DNA from: Candidatus Bathyarchaeia archaeon
GTDB taxonomy: Archaea; Thermoproteota; Bathyarchaeia; Bathyarchaeales; Bathycorpusculaceae
Length of the DNA: 19,467 nucleotides
Direction of reading: 5' to 3'
NCBI GenBank assembly: GCA_038883795.1
Contig: JAVZLK010000030.1
Span: forward strand, 1-19,467
Position numbers and translations under genes: made by a program. The notes under the pieces are model-generated. The model saw only the letters and a list, made by a program, of their open reading frames with translations. It had not been told where the DNA came from and did no database searches. Below, piece by piece: positions 1 through 8,427 of the stretch; the first letter of the stretch is position 1; every line of letters starts with the position of its first letter.

Positions 1-1
1 C

Positions 2-991
2 TCCAGAATTGAGAATTGTGCCTGGCGGAATTGTAATTGTAACCGTGTCACCGGCAGTCGTGGATAGCGTCCAATAACTCAAGTCCACCGCATTTTGGGT
101 AGGATTGTAAAGCTCGACCCATTCCTTCCCTTCGTCTACTCCAGCAGGATTCAGCTCTACTTCGTTAATCACTATTTTCGTAGCTCCAGTGGAATGTGCC
201 TCAACATAGAGAGTGTGAAGCACATCCGAGATATAATTCACGGCCAAGTTGAGCGATTGCCCCACTCTATTAACAAACTTAGGATCGCTCCAGTTGTAAT
301 TCAGATCCATCCAAACACATGTAAAGTCGCCATTCACCCCAAATGTGGTGTTGTAGGCTAGTCGCAAGGCGGCATCATAGGCAGAAACTATGCTGAGCTT
401 CCCATCAAAAGATAAGTAGCTGTCGAAGATGGAGGAGTATCTTGAGATTCGATCATCTACGTACCTCTCGTAGTCCGAGTGGTGCGCCTCTTCGCCCCAG
501 TCAGTCTTTGAGCCCATGACATGACCGAATACTGCCATGTCTGCGATATAGTGGCTCATAATACCGGCAGTCTTTGCGGCTTCTGCAAAGTTGCCCGCCT
601 TAAGAAATGCGAGGGCTTTGCTAAACTCTGCGGATGCCCTGGCGGCTGAATTGTCCTCTTGCAAAGTACCGTCTGAGCGGTAATAGATGTGGTGGTTTGT
701 GGTATCACCTATTCCATCGGGAGCCTAGCTATTATCAGGTAGTTCTGTCCCGTAAAAGTAAAGCGCTAAATTGTTTAAGATGTAAGCTTTCTCTTCGTAA
801 GGCAACCACTCCAAAGCATGCTCTGCGATCCGGTCATGGGTCCCATATTTTGGGTTGTATGGGTCAGTAGAGTATCCGCCATTACTCCAACTTTTTACTG
901 AGCCTGCACTCAATGACATAAACAGGAGGGAGAGTAGTGCTATGCCCAAGGCGCTTTGCTTAAACCTAGAATTTATCAAAGGATCCACCAT
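2..991 (-). pseudogene. Secreted Zn-dependent phospholipase C / S1-P1 nuclease-fold protein with C-terminal lamin-tail domain; one in-frame TAG at 725-727; runs off the left edge
   Basis: The 88-aa ORF 725..991 has a signal peptide followed by W-S-N-G-G...G-T-H-D (N-terminal Trp/His of the PLC/P1 fold). Manual translation past the TAG stays open to position 2: ...TELPDNS*APDGIGDTTNHH...MSHYIADMAVFGH...HHSDYE...KIVINEVELNPAGVDEGKEWVELYNPTQNAVDLSYW. These are the remaining metal-ligand motifs plus a lamin-tail signature. Confidence 0.8.
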
Positions 992-1304
992 TAAGCAGCT
1001 ACTTGATTTTTAATTTTTTATCTTATCTAATTTTTTAATATATGAATTTCCAAATAAGTTTGAATAGGTGTATGTCTTTAAATGAATTTTTGAATTTTAA
1101 GGTCAATGCTAGAGTCTTAGCTTATCGAGCTTTGGATTTAGTAGTATGTAAAGAATCTTTTTATTTACTTATTAGTTAATTTTTATAATTTACCACAACC
1201 TTATTATTAAAACGTAAGGGCTGCAGGAACATTGTCAGGCTATAAAAGTCATGAATTGTACTTATGGAAAAATTTTTAGTTTAAAGGATATGGAGGGCGC
1301 ATGG

Positions 1305-1835
1305 ATGCCGTGGGGAAGAACATGGAGTGAAGAGCTAGTTGCTGAATGGCTTGAGCTTGAAGGCTTTCTTGTAACCATCGGACTGAAGGCTGGAACTGGA
1401 GGTCGCGGCGGACGAAAGGAAGCGGATGTTGTGGGTGCAAGAATTAGAAATTCGAAGTTTGAAATAATGCATATAGAAATAGGAGCATTGTATGAGAATA
1501 GTAGGAAAATTGTTGAAACAGTGACTGAAAAGTTCGATTTAAGTAGAGTGGATGCTATTAAAAAATATTTCTCACAGCTTGGTCTCGGAGGACAATATGT
1601 TGAGTATAATAAAATTTATGTTATGTCCTACGCTCGAAAAGATAAAAAAGAAATAAATGAAATGCTTTCTCCTTTCAGTGTTAAGTTTTGGGACATAGAA
1701 GATCTGATTGAAAATATCAAACAAAGCATAGATCGCTGGATTCAAGTTCACAGAACCCCACAAAACCCCTATCCTTCGTTACCAGAAAGCCACTGGTTGT
1801 TAAAGCTATTTAGCATCTTAGCAACAAAGTGGTAA
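1305..1835 (+). CDS. PD-(D/E)XK-superfamily (restriction endonuclease/resolvase-like) protein, ~176 aa
   Basis: SEELVAEWLELEGF...EADVVG...MHIEIG matches the E-helix / D / E-x-(K) layout, with Gly at the usual Lys position. GGAGG at 1292-1296 favours ATG 1305 over the track start at 1251. Confidence 0.65.
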   Translation: MPWGRTWSEELVAEWLELEGFLVTIGLKAGTGGRGGRKEADVVGARIRNSKFEIMHIEIGALYENSRKIVETVTEKFDLSRVDAIKKYFSQLGLGGQYVEYNKIYVMSYARKDKKEINEMLSPFSVKFWDIEDLIENIKQSIDRWIQVHRTPQNPYPSLPESHWLLKLFSILATKW

Positions 1836-1970
1836 AGTCTTTCTGCTTGCTCCTCTCTTTTCACTTTTTTAAATAACGCATAAATTCAGTGTACAACTCA
1901 TTGGCCATTCAACTCATTACTAACACTTGGCTTAAATGTTATTGCATGTTTTATTTTTTGAAAATATTAG

Positions 1971-2159
1971 TTATAATTGTAAGATTGCCTTGAACTTTCT
2001 GGCTTTATATTTAAACTTTTTAGGATCTATTTCTTTCAAATCTATTTCTATTTCAAAGCCCTCATATTCGCAGAAGTCGCATGATATACGAATCATTAGG
2101 TTCTTTCCTATAACTTCAGGCAAAACATAAAGTTGCTGTTTGCATATTGGGCAGATCAA
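1971..2159 (-). CDS. Small Zn-ribbon protein (62 aa) with basic C-terminus
   Basis: CPIC...CDFC pair; GGAGGGG ribosome-binding site just upstream of the TTG start on the minus strand; Lys-rich tail. Confidence 0.6.
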   Translation of the reverse strand: MICPICKQQLYVLPEVIGKNLMIRISCDFCEYEGFEIEIDLKEIDPKKFKYKARKFKAILQL

Positions 2160-2390
2160 AACTGTTACCCCTCCTATTGTATTGGATTTTACACTTTGGT
2201 CAAATTAATAATTACTACATTATTTAATCTCAACCTTTAAATACTTCATAAAATGGATGTCCAGCTAGACTTTTTCATGGTGCTTTGAGTTTTACAAATC
2301 TCAGATATATAAAGCGTTAATGAAATATAGCAATTGGTGACTAATAAAGAAAAGCGAAGAAATATTCTATAAGGGAAAAGGGGAGGCTAG

Positions 2391-5300
2391 TTGAGCCAAG
2401 AGTTTCCCGAGCCCGAAAGCATTCTTGAAGGACCCTTTTGGCCTGAACGGGTCAAGGTGATTTCTTCAAAGGCAATAGGTTCTAATCTTGAGATAAGGGC
2501 AATAGGCTTGAAAACCCAACGTTTTTATTCTAATATTTTTACTGAGGGTGATTTATCGAAAGTTAGGCAGATCGAAGTAAAGAGAAAGGACTTCTCGGGT
2601 GAGGGTGAAGCTTTCTTTCTTGCTATTGAAGCACACAGAATTCGTCATGCTTTTCAGTTTGATCCACTTTTTGCGGTTAATGTATCTCAGATAGATCCGC
2701 TTCCTCACCAAATAGATGCGGTGTATAATTACATATTGAAACATCCCAGAGTCAGATTCTTACTAGCCGACGACCCAGGTGCTGGTAAGACTATAATGGC
2801 AGGCCTTGTCCTCACAGAACTTAAACAGAGGGGTTTGGTTAACAGAACTTTGATCGTGGTACCGGGTCATTTAACCGATCAATGGTTGAGAGAGATGAAA
2901 GAAAAGTTTGGTGAGACTTTCAAAGTTATTGATAGAGGGGTGATGGAGGCTTCTTGGGGACAAAACGTATGGCAGAATGAAAATCAAGCCATTACTTCAA
3001 TAGATTTCGCAAAGCAAGAGGATGTTATGTGTAGTCTTGCCGAATCCAATTGGGATCTAGTTATTGTGGATGAAGCCCATAAGATGGCAGCTTATCAGTA
3101 TGGACAGAAGCTTACAAGAACTGAAAGATATAAGCTGGGCGAGCTATTGTCAAGAAATTCTAATTTTCTTATATTTCTGACAGCAACTCCCCATAGAGGG
3201 GATCCAAGCAATTTTAGATTATTGCTTGACCTTTTGGAGCCTGGTTTCTTTGCTTCAAACGAGATGCTCGGAGAGTCGATTAAAAATAAGGACAACCCTC
3301 TCTTCTTGAGAAGGTTAAAAGAAGATTTAAAGAACTTCGATAAAACGCCACTATTCCCGCCCAGAAGAGTGGTGACGATCAAATATCGTTTAAGTGATGA
3401 TGAGAAAAGACTATACAATGCAGTTACCATGTATGTTCAGGAATATTGGAATAAGGCCATGCAGAAAGAGAAAAGGAATGTTGCTTTCGCTTTACTCGTG
3501 CTTCAGAGGCGTCTTGCCTCAAGCGTGAGAGCTGTCAGACTCTCGCTGGAACGTAGGAGAAATAGACTCCAAGAATTATTTGAGCAGGGCAAGATAATTC
3601 AAGAAATGGGATACTTCGATGAGGAGGCTTTGGACGATTCTCCTGAGGTTGAAAGGTGGAGAAAAGAAGACGAGTTTTTGGAAAGACTAACTTCGGCTGA
3701 GACTCTTGAAGAGCTGAGCAAAGAAATTGATGCTCTTGATGAACTTATAAAATTGGCGAAGGAGGCTGAAAAAAAGGAAATAGAGACAAAGCTCGGCGAG
3801 CTTAAAAAAGTGATGGAAAAAGAGGAGTTATGGAAAAGTGGAGAAAAGATCCTCATCTTCACGGAATCCAGGGACACTCTTGAATATTTAGTTGAGAAAA
3901 TTCGCAGCTGGGGGTATTCGGTAACTTCGATTCATGGTGGTTTAAACCTTGATAGGAGGATCAACGCCGAGCATGAGTTTAGAGAAAAAACACAAGTAAT
4001 GGTCTCCACTGAGGCAGGAGGGGAAGGGATCAACCTTCAATTCTGCTGGCTTATGGTCAACTATGATTTGCCTTGGAACCCGAATCGGCTTGAGCAACGA
4101 ATGGGCAGGATTCATAGATACGGACAAAGATACGAGGTACGCATCTACAACCTCGTAGCGGTTGATACAAGAGAGGGGCAACTTCTAGAGAAGCTTTTCG
4201 AGAAACTTGACATAATAAGGCATCATTTGGGAAGTGATCGAGTCTTCGATGTTATAGGCGATGTAATTCGTGGCAAGAGTCTCCAAGACCTTATCGTGGA
4301 AGCTGTTACAAATAAGAGATCCATGGATGATATACTGAAGGATATCGAAAGAGTTACAGATGAAGAAGCTGTTGAAATGGTAAAGCAGGCAACACTTGAA
4401 GGCTTGGCAACCCGCCATATAGACTTAAGTCGGATCCTAGGCGAGGCGAGGATTGCCAAAGAGAACCGATTAATCCCTGAATATATCGAGAGGTTTTTCA
4501 TTAAGGCTGCAGAAAAGCTTGGATTAAATGTTGAAATGAGGACTGATGGTTTTTGGAGAGTTCAAAGTGTTCCATACGAACTGCGAAATCAAACTTTTGA
4601 ATTTAAGACAAAGTTTGGAGAGGTATTTAGGGAATACAACAAGTTTTCATTCGACAAAGAAAAAGCTTTCAAGGAGCGGGCAGAATTTGTTGCGCCTGGT
4701 CACCCATTGCTTGAGGCGGTCGTAGAGAAAGTTTTACAAAATTTCAGCAAAGATCTTGATAGAGGTGCTGTTTTTCTTGATCCGTCTGGAAGCATGGATG
4801 GATTTATCTGGTTCTTAGAGGTTATAATAAGTGATGGAATGGGCTCTATAGCCGGAAAAAGGATATTTGTATTATATCAAGACGTTCAAAATAATATTAA
4901 GCAAATTGCCCCTTCAATTCTTTGGGATTTGAAGCCCTATGATTTTTTTGGAAGTAGGGCTGATTGGTTGGTACCCGACGAGGAGTTCATTCTCAGCTTT
5001 GCAGTAGAAAGAGTGCTTCCCAATTATTTAAGGGAGTTGAAAGAACAAAGAATTCGTGACGCTGAAATTAAGAGAAAGTATGGGGTTAGATCCCTACATG
5101 AGCTTATTCTAATCTCTGAGGCGAAACTTTTAGAATACGAGACAAGACGAGCTAAAGGAGAAAATATCCCCGACATTACAATACAAAATGAAAAAAGGAA
5201 TAAAGAGGATCTCGAAAGAAAAAAAGGACAGCTTGAAAGACAAATCGAACTGGAAACTAATCTCCTCCCTTCATCACCTGTAATTTTGGGTGTCGCCAGA

Positions 5301-5720
5301 GTAGTTCCCAAAGTAATGGATGACGACACGCTGAGAAAAGATAAGGAAGTTGAAAAAATAGGAATGCGTATTGCAATGGAGTTTGAAAGAAGACAAGGAA
5401 GAATTCCCGAGGATGTAGCAGATCAAAATCTAGGTTTTGATATACGCTCGGAGGAATCGGACGGAAATGTTAGGTATATTGAAGTTAAGGCAAGGTCTTT
5501 AGATGGAAAAATTGCTCTGACACCGAATGAGTGGCTTATGGCACATCGTTTAGGAAAAGAGTATTGGCTTTATATTGTGATAAACGCTTCCCATTCGCCC
5601 GAACTTTTCACCATACAAAACCCAGCAGAGAAAATTAAACCAAAAGAGGAGGTAGAAATAGTGCGATATATTATATCAGACTGGAAAGGCTTAGCTAAAA
5701 AGGAAACGGTTGGTGCATGA
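2391..5720 (+). CDS. SNF2-family (SF2) helicase/ATPase with C-terminal DUF3883 (NOV_C) PD-(D/E)XK nuclease domain
   Basis: LLADDPGAGKT (Walker A), VDEAH, TATPH, STEAGGEGINLQ, YDLPWNPNRLEQRMGRIHR; C-terminal GFDIRS...RYIEVKAR...LTPNEW...YWLYIV; GGGGAGG site before TTG. Confidence 0.92.
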   Translation: MSQEFPEPESILEGPFWPERVKVISSKAIGSNLEIRAIGLKTQRFYSNIFTEGDLSKVRQIEVKRKDFSGEGEAFFLAIEAHRIRHAFQFDPLFAVNVSQIDPLPHQIDAVYNYILKHPRVRFLLADDPGAGKTIMAGLVLTELKQRGLVNRTLIVVPGHLTDQWLREMKEKFGETFKVIDRGVMEASWGQNVWQNENQAITSIDFAKQEDVMCSLAESNWDLVIVDEAHKMAAYQYGQKLTRTERYKLGELLSRNSNFLIFLTATPHRGDPSNFRLLLDLLEPGFFASNEMLGESIKNKDNPLFLRRLKEDLKNFDKTPLFPPRRVVTIKYRLSDDEKRLYNAVTMYVQEYWNKAMQKEKRNVAFALLVLQRRLASSVRAVRLSLERRRNRLQELFEQGKIIQEMGYFDEEALDDSPEVERWRKEDEFLERLTSAETLEELSKEIDALDELIKLAKEAEKKEIETKLGELKKVMEKEELWKSGEKILIFTESRDTLEYLVEKIRSWGYSVTSIHGGLNLDRRINAEHEFREKTQVMVSTEAGGEGINLQFCWLMVNYDLPWNPNRLEQRMGRIHRYGQRYEVRIYNLVAVDTREGQLLEKLFEKLDIIRHHLGSDRVFDVIGDVIRGKSLQDLIVEAVTNKRSMDDILKDIERVTDEEAVEMVKQATLEGLATRHIDLSRILGEARIAKENRLIPEYIERFFIKAAEKLGLNVEMRTDGFWRVQSVPYELRNQTFEFKTKFGEVFREYNKFSFDKEKAFKERAEFVAPGHPLLEAVVEKVLQNFSKDLDRGAVFLDPSGSMDGFIWFLEVIISDGMGSIAGKRIFVLYQDVQNNIKQIAPSILWDLKPYDFFGSRADWLVPDEEFILSFAVERVLPNYLRELKEQRIRDAEIKRKYGVRSLHELILISEAKLLEYETRRAKGENIPDITIQNEKRNKEDLERKKGQLERQIELETNLLPSSPVILGVARVVPKVMDDDTLRKDKEVEKIGMRIAMEFERRQGRIPEDVADQNLGFDIRSEESDGNVRYIEVKARSLDGKIALTPNEWLMAHRLGKEYWLYIVINASHSPELFTIQNPAEKIKPKEEVEIVRYIISDWKGLAKKETVGA

Positions 5721-5721
5721 A

Positions 5722-8421
5722 ATGGAAGATAAAAGGCTTATAGAAGTTGACTTCCCTCTAAAGGAAGTGAGTGAGGAATCGGTAAGAGAAAAAAACATAC
5801 GACATGGGCATATTTCTACTCTTCATATTTGGTGGGCCAGACGTCCATTAGCTGCATCAAGAGCCACCATTTTCGCCTCCCTGATTCCTGCACCAAAAAA
5901 CCATGATGAGTTAATGAGAAAACTTCAGTTTGTCGCCGAACTTTCAAAATGGGAGAACTCTCTCAATCAACGGATAATAGAGAATGCTAGAAAAGAAATC
6001 AGAGAGTTCTTCGGAGGAAGACCACCAAAGGTTTTAGATTGCTTTGCTGGAGGAGGGGCAATCCCTTTTGAAGCTTTAAGGCTTGGTTGCGAAGCTTTTG
6101 CTTTAGAATACAATCCTGTTGCAGTGTTAATACTCAAAGCAGTACTAGAATATCCGCAAAAATTCGGAAAGACAACAAACGGAAAACAAGAGCATCTTCA
6201 TTTAACGAACAAAAAGCTCGTTGAAGATGTTCAAAAATGGGGAAAATGGGTTTTGGAGGAGTCGAAAAAGGAAATAGGTAAATTCTTTCTTTCAGATCCT
6301 GACGGAAGCATTCCGGTGGCATTTATCTGGGCGAGAACTATTAAGTGTCAGAATCCTTCGTGCCAGGTAGAAATTCCATTAATGAGGCAATTCTGGTTAG
6401 CTAGAAAGGAAAACAAAAAAATAGCGATAAAAATGCTTGTTGATAAAAAAGATAAGAAGATAGACTTCAAGATAGTTCATGGGAAAGATATAGACTTTGA
6501 CCCCTCGCAGGGTACAGCTAGAAAGGGCACAGCTATATGTCCTATGTGTGGCTCGGCCACAAGATCGATTAGCAAGCTAGCAAAGGCTGGAAAAATTGGA
6601 CAAAAGCTAATCGCTGTTGTGCTATATAACGGGAAAAAGGGAAAGCTGTATAGAGTTGCAAATGAGCGAGACAAGCAGATGTTTAGTGAAGCTGAACAGT
6701 ATTTAGAAGAAAAAGTCAAGAATTGGAAAGGGAACTTCAGCATGATTCCAGATGAGCCTACCCCAGAAGGGAAAGGCCCCGGCGCAGAAAGAGCATTTTC
6801 GGTACGTAATTACGGCCTAAATACATGGGGAGAATTGTTTAATTCTCGGCAAAAACTTGTCCTAGCAACTTTTGCAGAGAAGATTAGGTTCGTGTATAAG
6901 AGACTAAATGAAGAAACTTGTGATACAGAATATAACAAGGCAGTGTGCACCTATTTGGCTTTAGTGTTAAGTAGGGTAGCAGACTTTTCTAACATCCTTT
7001 GCGAATGGCATAACACGTGGGAGTTTACTGCCCATTTATTTTCCAGACAGGCGCTCCAGATGAAATGGGACTACTCTGAACTGAATATTTTCTCGCCAAT
7101 TCTCACAGGAACCTGGGAAAGCATGCTAAGACAAATTCAAAGAGCAATAGAAGCTTCTTGTATCGAGACTCCTTCGTCTACATGCGTTATCGAAGGGACT
7201 GCTACTAGATTGCCTTACGAAGAAGGCTACTTTGACGCCGTGATAACGGATCCTCCGTATTATGATAATGTGCCCTATTCGGACCTCTCGGATTTCTTCT
7301 ATGTATGGTTGAAAAGAACAGTTGGCGAACTCTACCCAGAGATGTTTGCGACTTATCTTACGCCCAAATCCCAAGAAATAGTTGTTCATACTCTTAGACA
7401 TGGCAATAGCATGGAAAAAGCAAAGAGATTCTTTGAAGATATGCTTACAGAGTCTTTCAAGGAAATGTGCAGAGTTTTAAAGCCTGAGGGCATAGCCGTT
7501 GTAGTGTTTGCCTACAAATCAACTGAGGCATGGGAAACAATCATTAACAGCCTTCTAAAATCAGGTCTAGTGCTCACGGCTTCCTGGCCTGTTCATACCG
7601 AAATGAAGGCAAGACTGAGAGCAATGGAAAGTGCAGCTTTGGCTTCTTCTGTTTACATGGTGTGCAGAAAACGGACAAAAGAGCAAATCGCATATTTCAA
7701 TGAAATAAGGGCTGAAATAGACCATAGCATTAAGGAAAAACTTACACAGTTTTGGGAACAAGGGATAAGCGGAGCCGACTTCTTTGTAAGTGCAATAGGT
7801 CCAGCAGTTGAAGTTTTCGGTAGATATTCAAAAGTCGAGAAGCTTTCTGGCGAAGAAGTTTCTGTACAAGAATTACTTGAATACGTAAGAAAAATCGTCA
7901 GCGAATTCGCTTTGGAAAGGGTTTTGAAGAGGGCTGATCTCGGCGGTGTTGATGCTGAAACAAGGTTTTATCTGTTGTGGCGTTGGACTTTTGGTAATAC
8001 TAAGGTGCATTTTGATGACGCGATAAAGCTTTCTCGTCCTATGGGTGTTGAGTTAACGCAGTTGTGGGATGGTGGAAGCTTGGTTAAGAAAGAGAAGGAG
8101 TTTGTCCGGGTGCTTGCTCCTCATGAAAGGGCGAAAGATCCAGCTTTTCTTAAGAAAACGAAGTTTACGTCTATGATTGATGTTCTTCATTATGTGTTAG
8201 TTTTGTGGGAACGTGGGGAAAGAGAAAAGATTAAGGAAGTGTTAAATGAGACTGGGTATGCTGGTAATGAGGTTTTTTGGCAGACTGCCCAAGCCATTTC
8301 TGAAATTCTTCCTCAAGGCGATAAGGAGAAGCAGTTGCTTCAAGGTTTTCTTTACGGTAAAGAAATTTATGTTAAAGAAGCTAGAGGAAAAACCAGTTTG
8401 CTTGACTATATGGAGGGTTAA
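5722..8421 (+). CDS. DUF1156-family adenine-specific DNA methyltransferase with Zn ribbon
   Basis: RLIEVDFPL...STLHIWWARRPLAASRA (DUF1156 N-terminus), LDCFAGGGAIPFEA (SAM-binding motif I), TDPPYYDN (motif IV), CQNPSC/CPMC. ATG 5722, directly after the helicase stop and preceded by GGTG, is preferred over TTG 5710. Confidence 0.92.
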   Translation: MEDKRLIEVDFPLKEVSEESVREKNIRHGHISTLHIWWARRPLAASRATIFASLIPAPKNHDELMRKLQFVAELSKWENSLNQRIIENARKEIREFFGGRPPKVLDCFAGGGAIPFEALRLGCEAFALEYNPVAVLILKAVLEYPQKFGKTTNGKQEHLHLTNKKLVEDVQKWGKWVLEESKKEIGKFFLSDPDGSIPVAFIWARTIKCQNPSCQVEIPLMRQFWLARKENKKIAIKMLVDKKDKKIDFKIVHGKDIDFDPSQGTARKGTAICPMCGSATRSISKLAKAGKIGQKLIAVVLYNGKKGKLYRVANERDKQMFSEAEQYLEEKVKNWKGNFSMIPDEPTPEGKGPGAERAFSVRNYGLNTWGELFNSRQKLVLATFAEKIRFVYKRLNEETCDTEYNKAVCTYLALVLSRVADFSNILCEWHNTWEFTAHLFSRQALQMKWDYSELNIFSPILTGTWESMLRQIQRAIEASCIETPSSTCVIEGTATRLPYEEGYFDAVITDPPYYDNVPYSDLSDFFYVWLKRTVGELYPEMFATYLTPKSQEIVVHTLRHGNSMEKAKRFFEDMLTESFKEMCRVLKPEGIAVVVFAYKSTEAWETIINSLLKSGLVLTASWPVHTEMKARLRAMESAALASSVYMVCRKRTKEQIAYFNEIRAEIDHSIKEKLTQFWEQGISGADFFVSAIGPAVEVFGRYSKVEKLSGEEVSVQELLEYVRKIVSEFALERVLKRADLGGVDAETRFYLLWRWTFGNTKVHFDDAIKLSRPMGVELTQLWDGGSLVKKEKEFVRVLAPHERAKDPAFLKKTKFTSMIDVLHYVLVLWERGEREKIKEVLNETGYAGNEVFWQTAQAISEILPQGDKEKQLLQGFLYGKEIYVKEARGKTSLLDYMEG

Positions 8422-8427
8422 ATAAAA

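Noticed and set aside
95-870. Plus-strand ORFs 95..361 and 634..870
   Set aside because: Antisense shadows of the minus-strand PLC/lamin-tail reading frame; no recognisable motifs.
1831-1908. Minus-strand MANELYTEFMRYLK followed, after a 1-nt shift in an A6 run, by SEKRGASRKTL, reminiscent of a tyrosine-recombinase N-terminus
   Set aside because: Only ~25 residues, needs a frameshift and has no catalytic domain; too weak to call an integrase remnant.
1894-1918. Direct repeat CAACTCATT x2
   Set aside because: Only two 9-bp copies; no supporting context.
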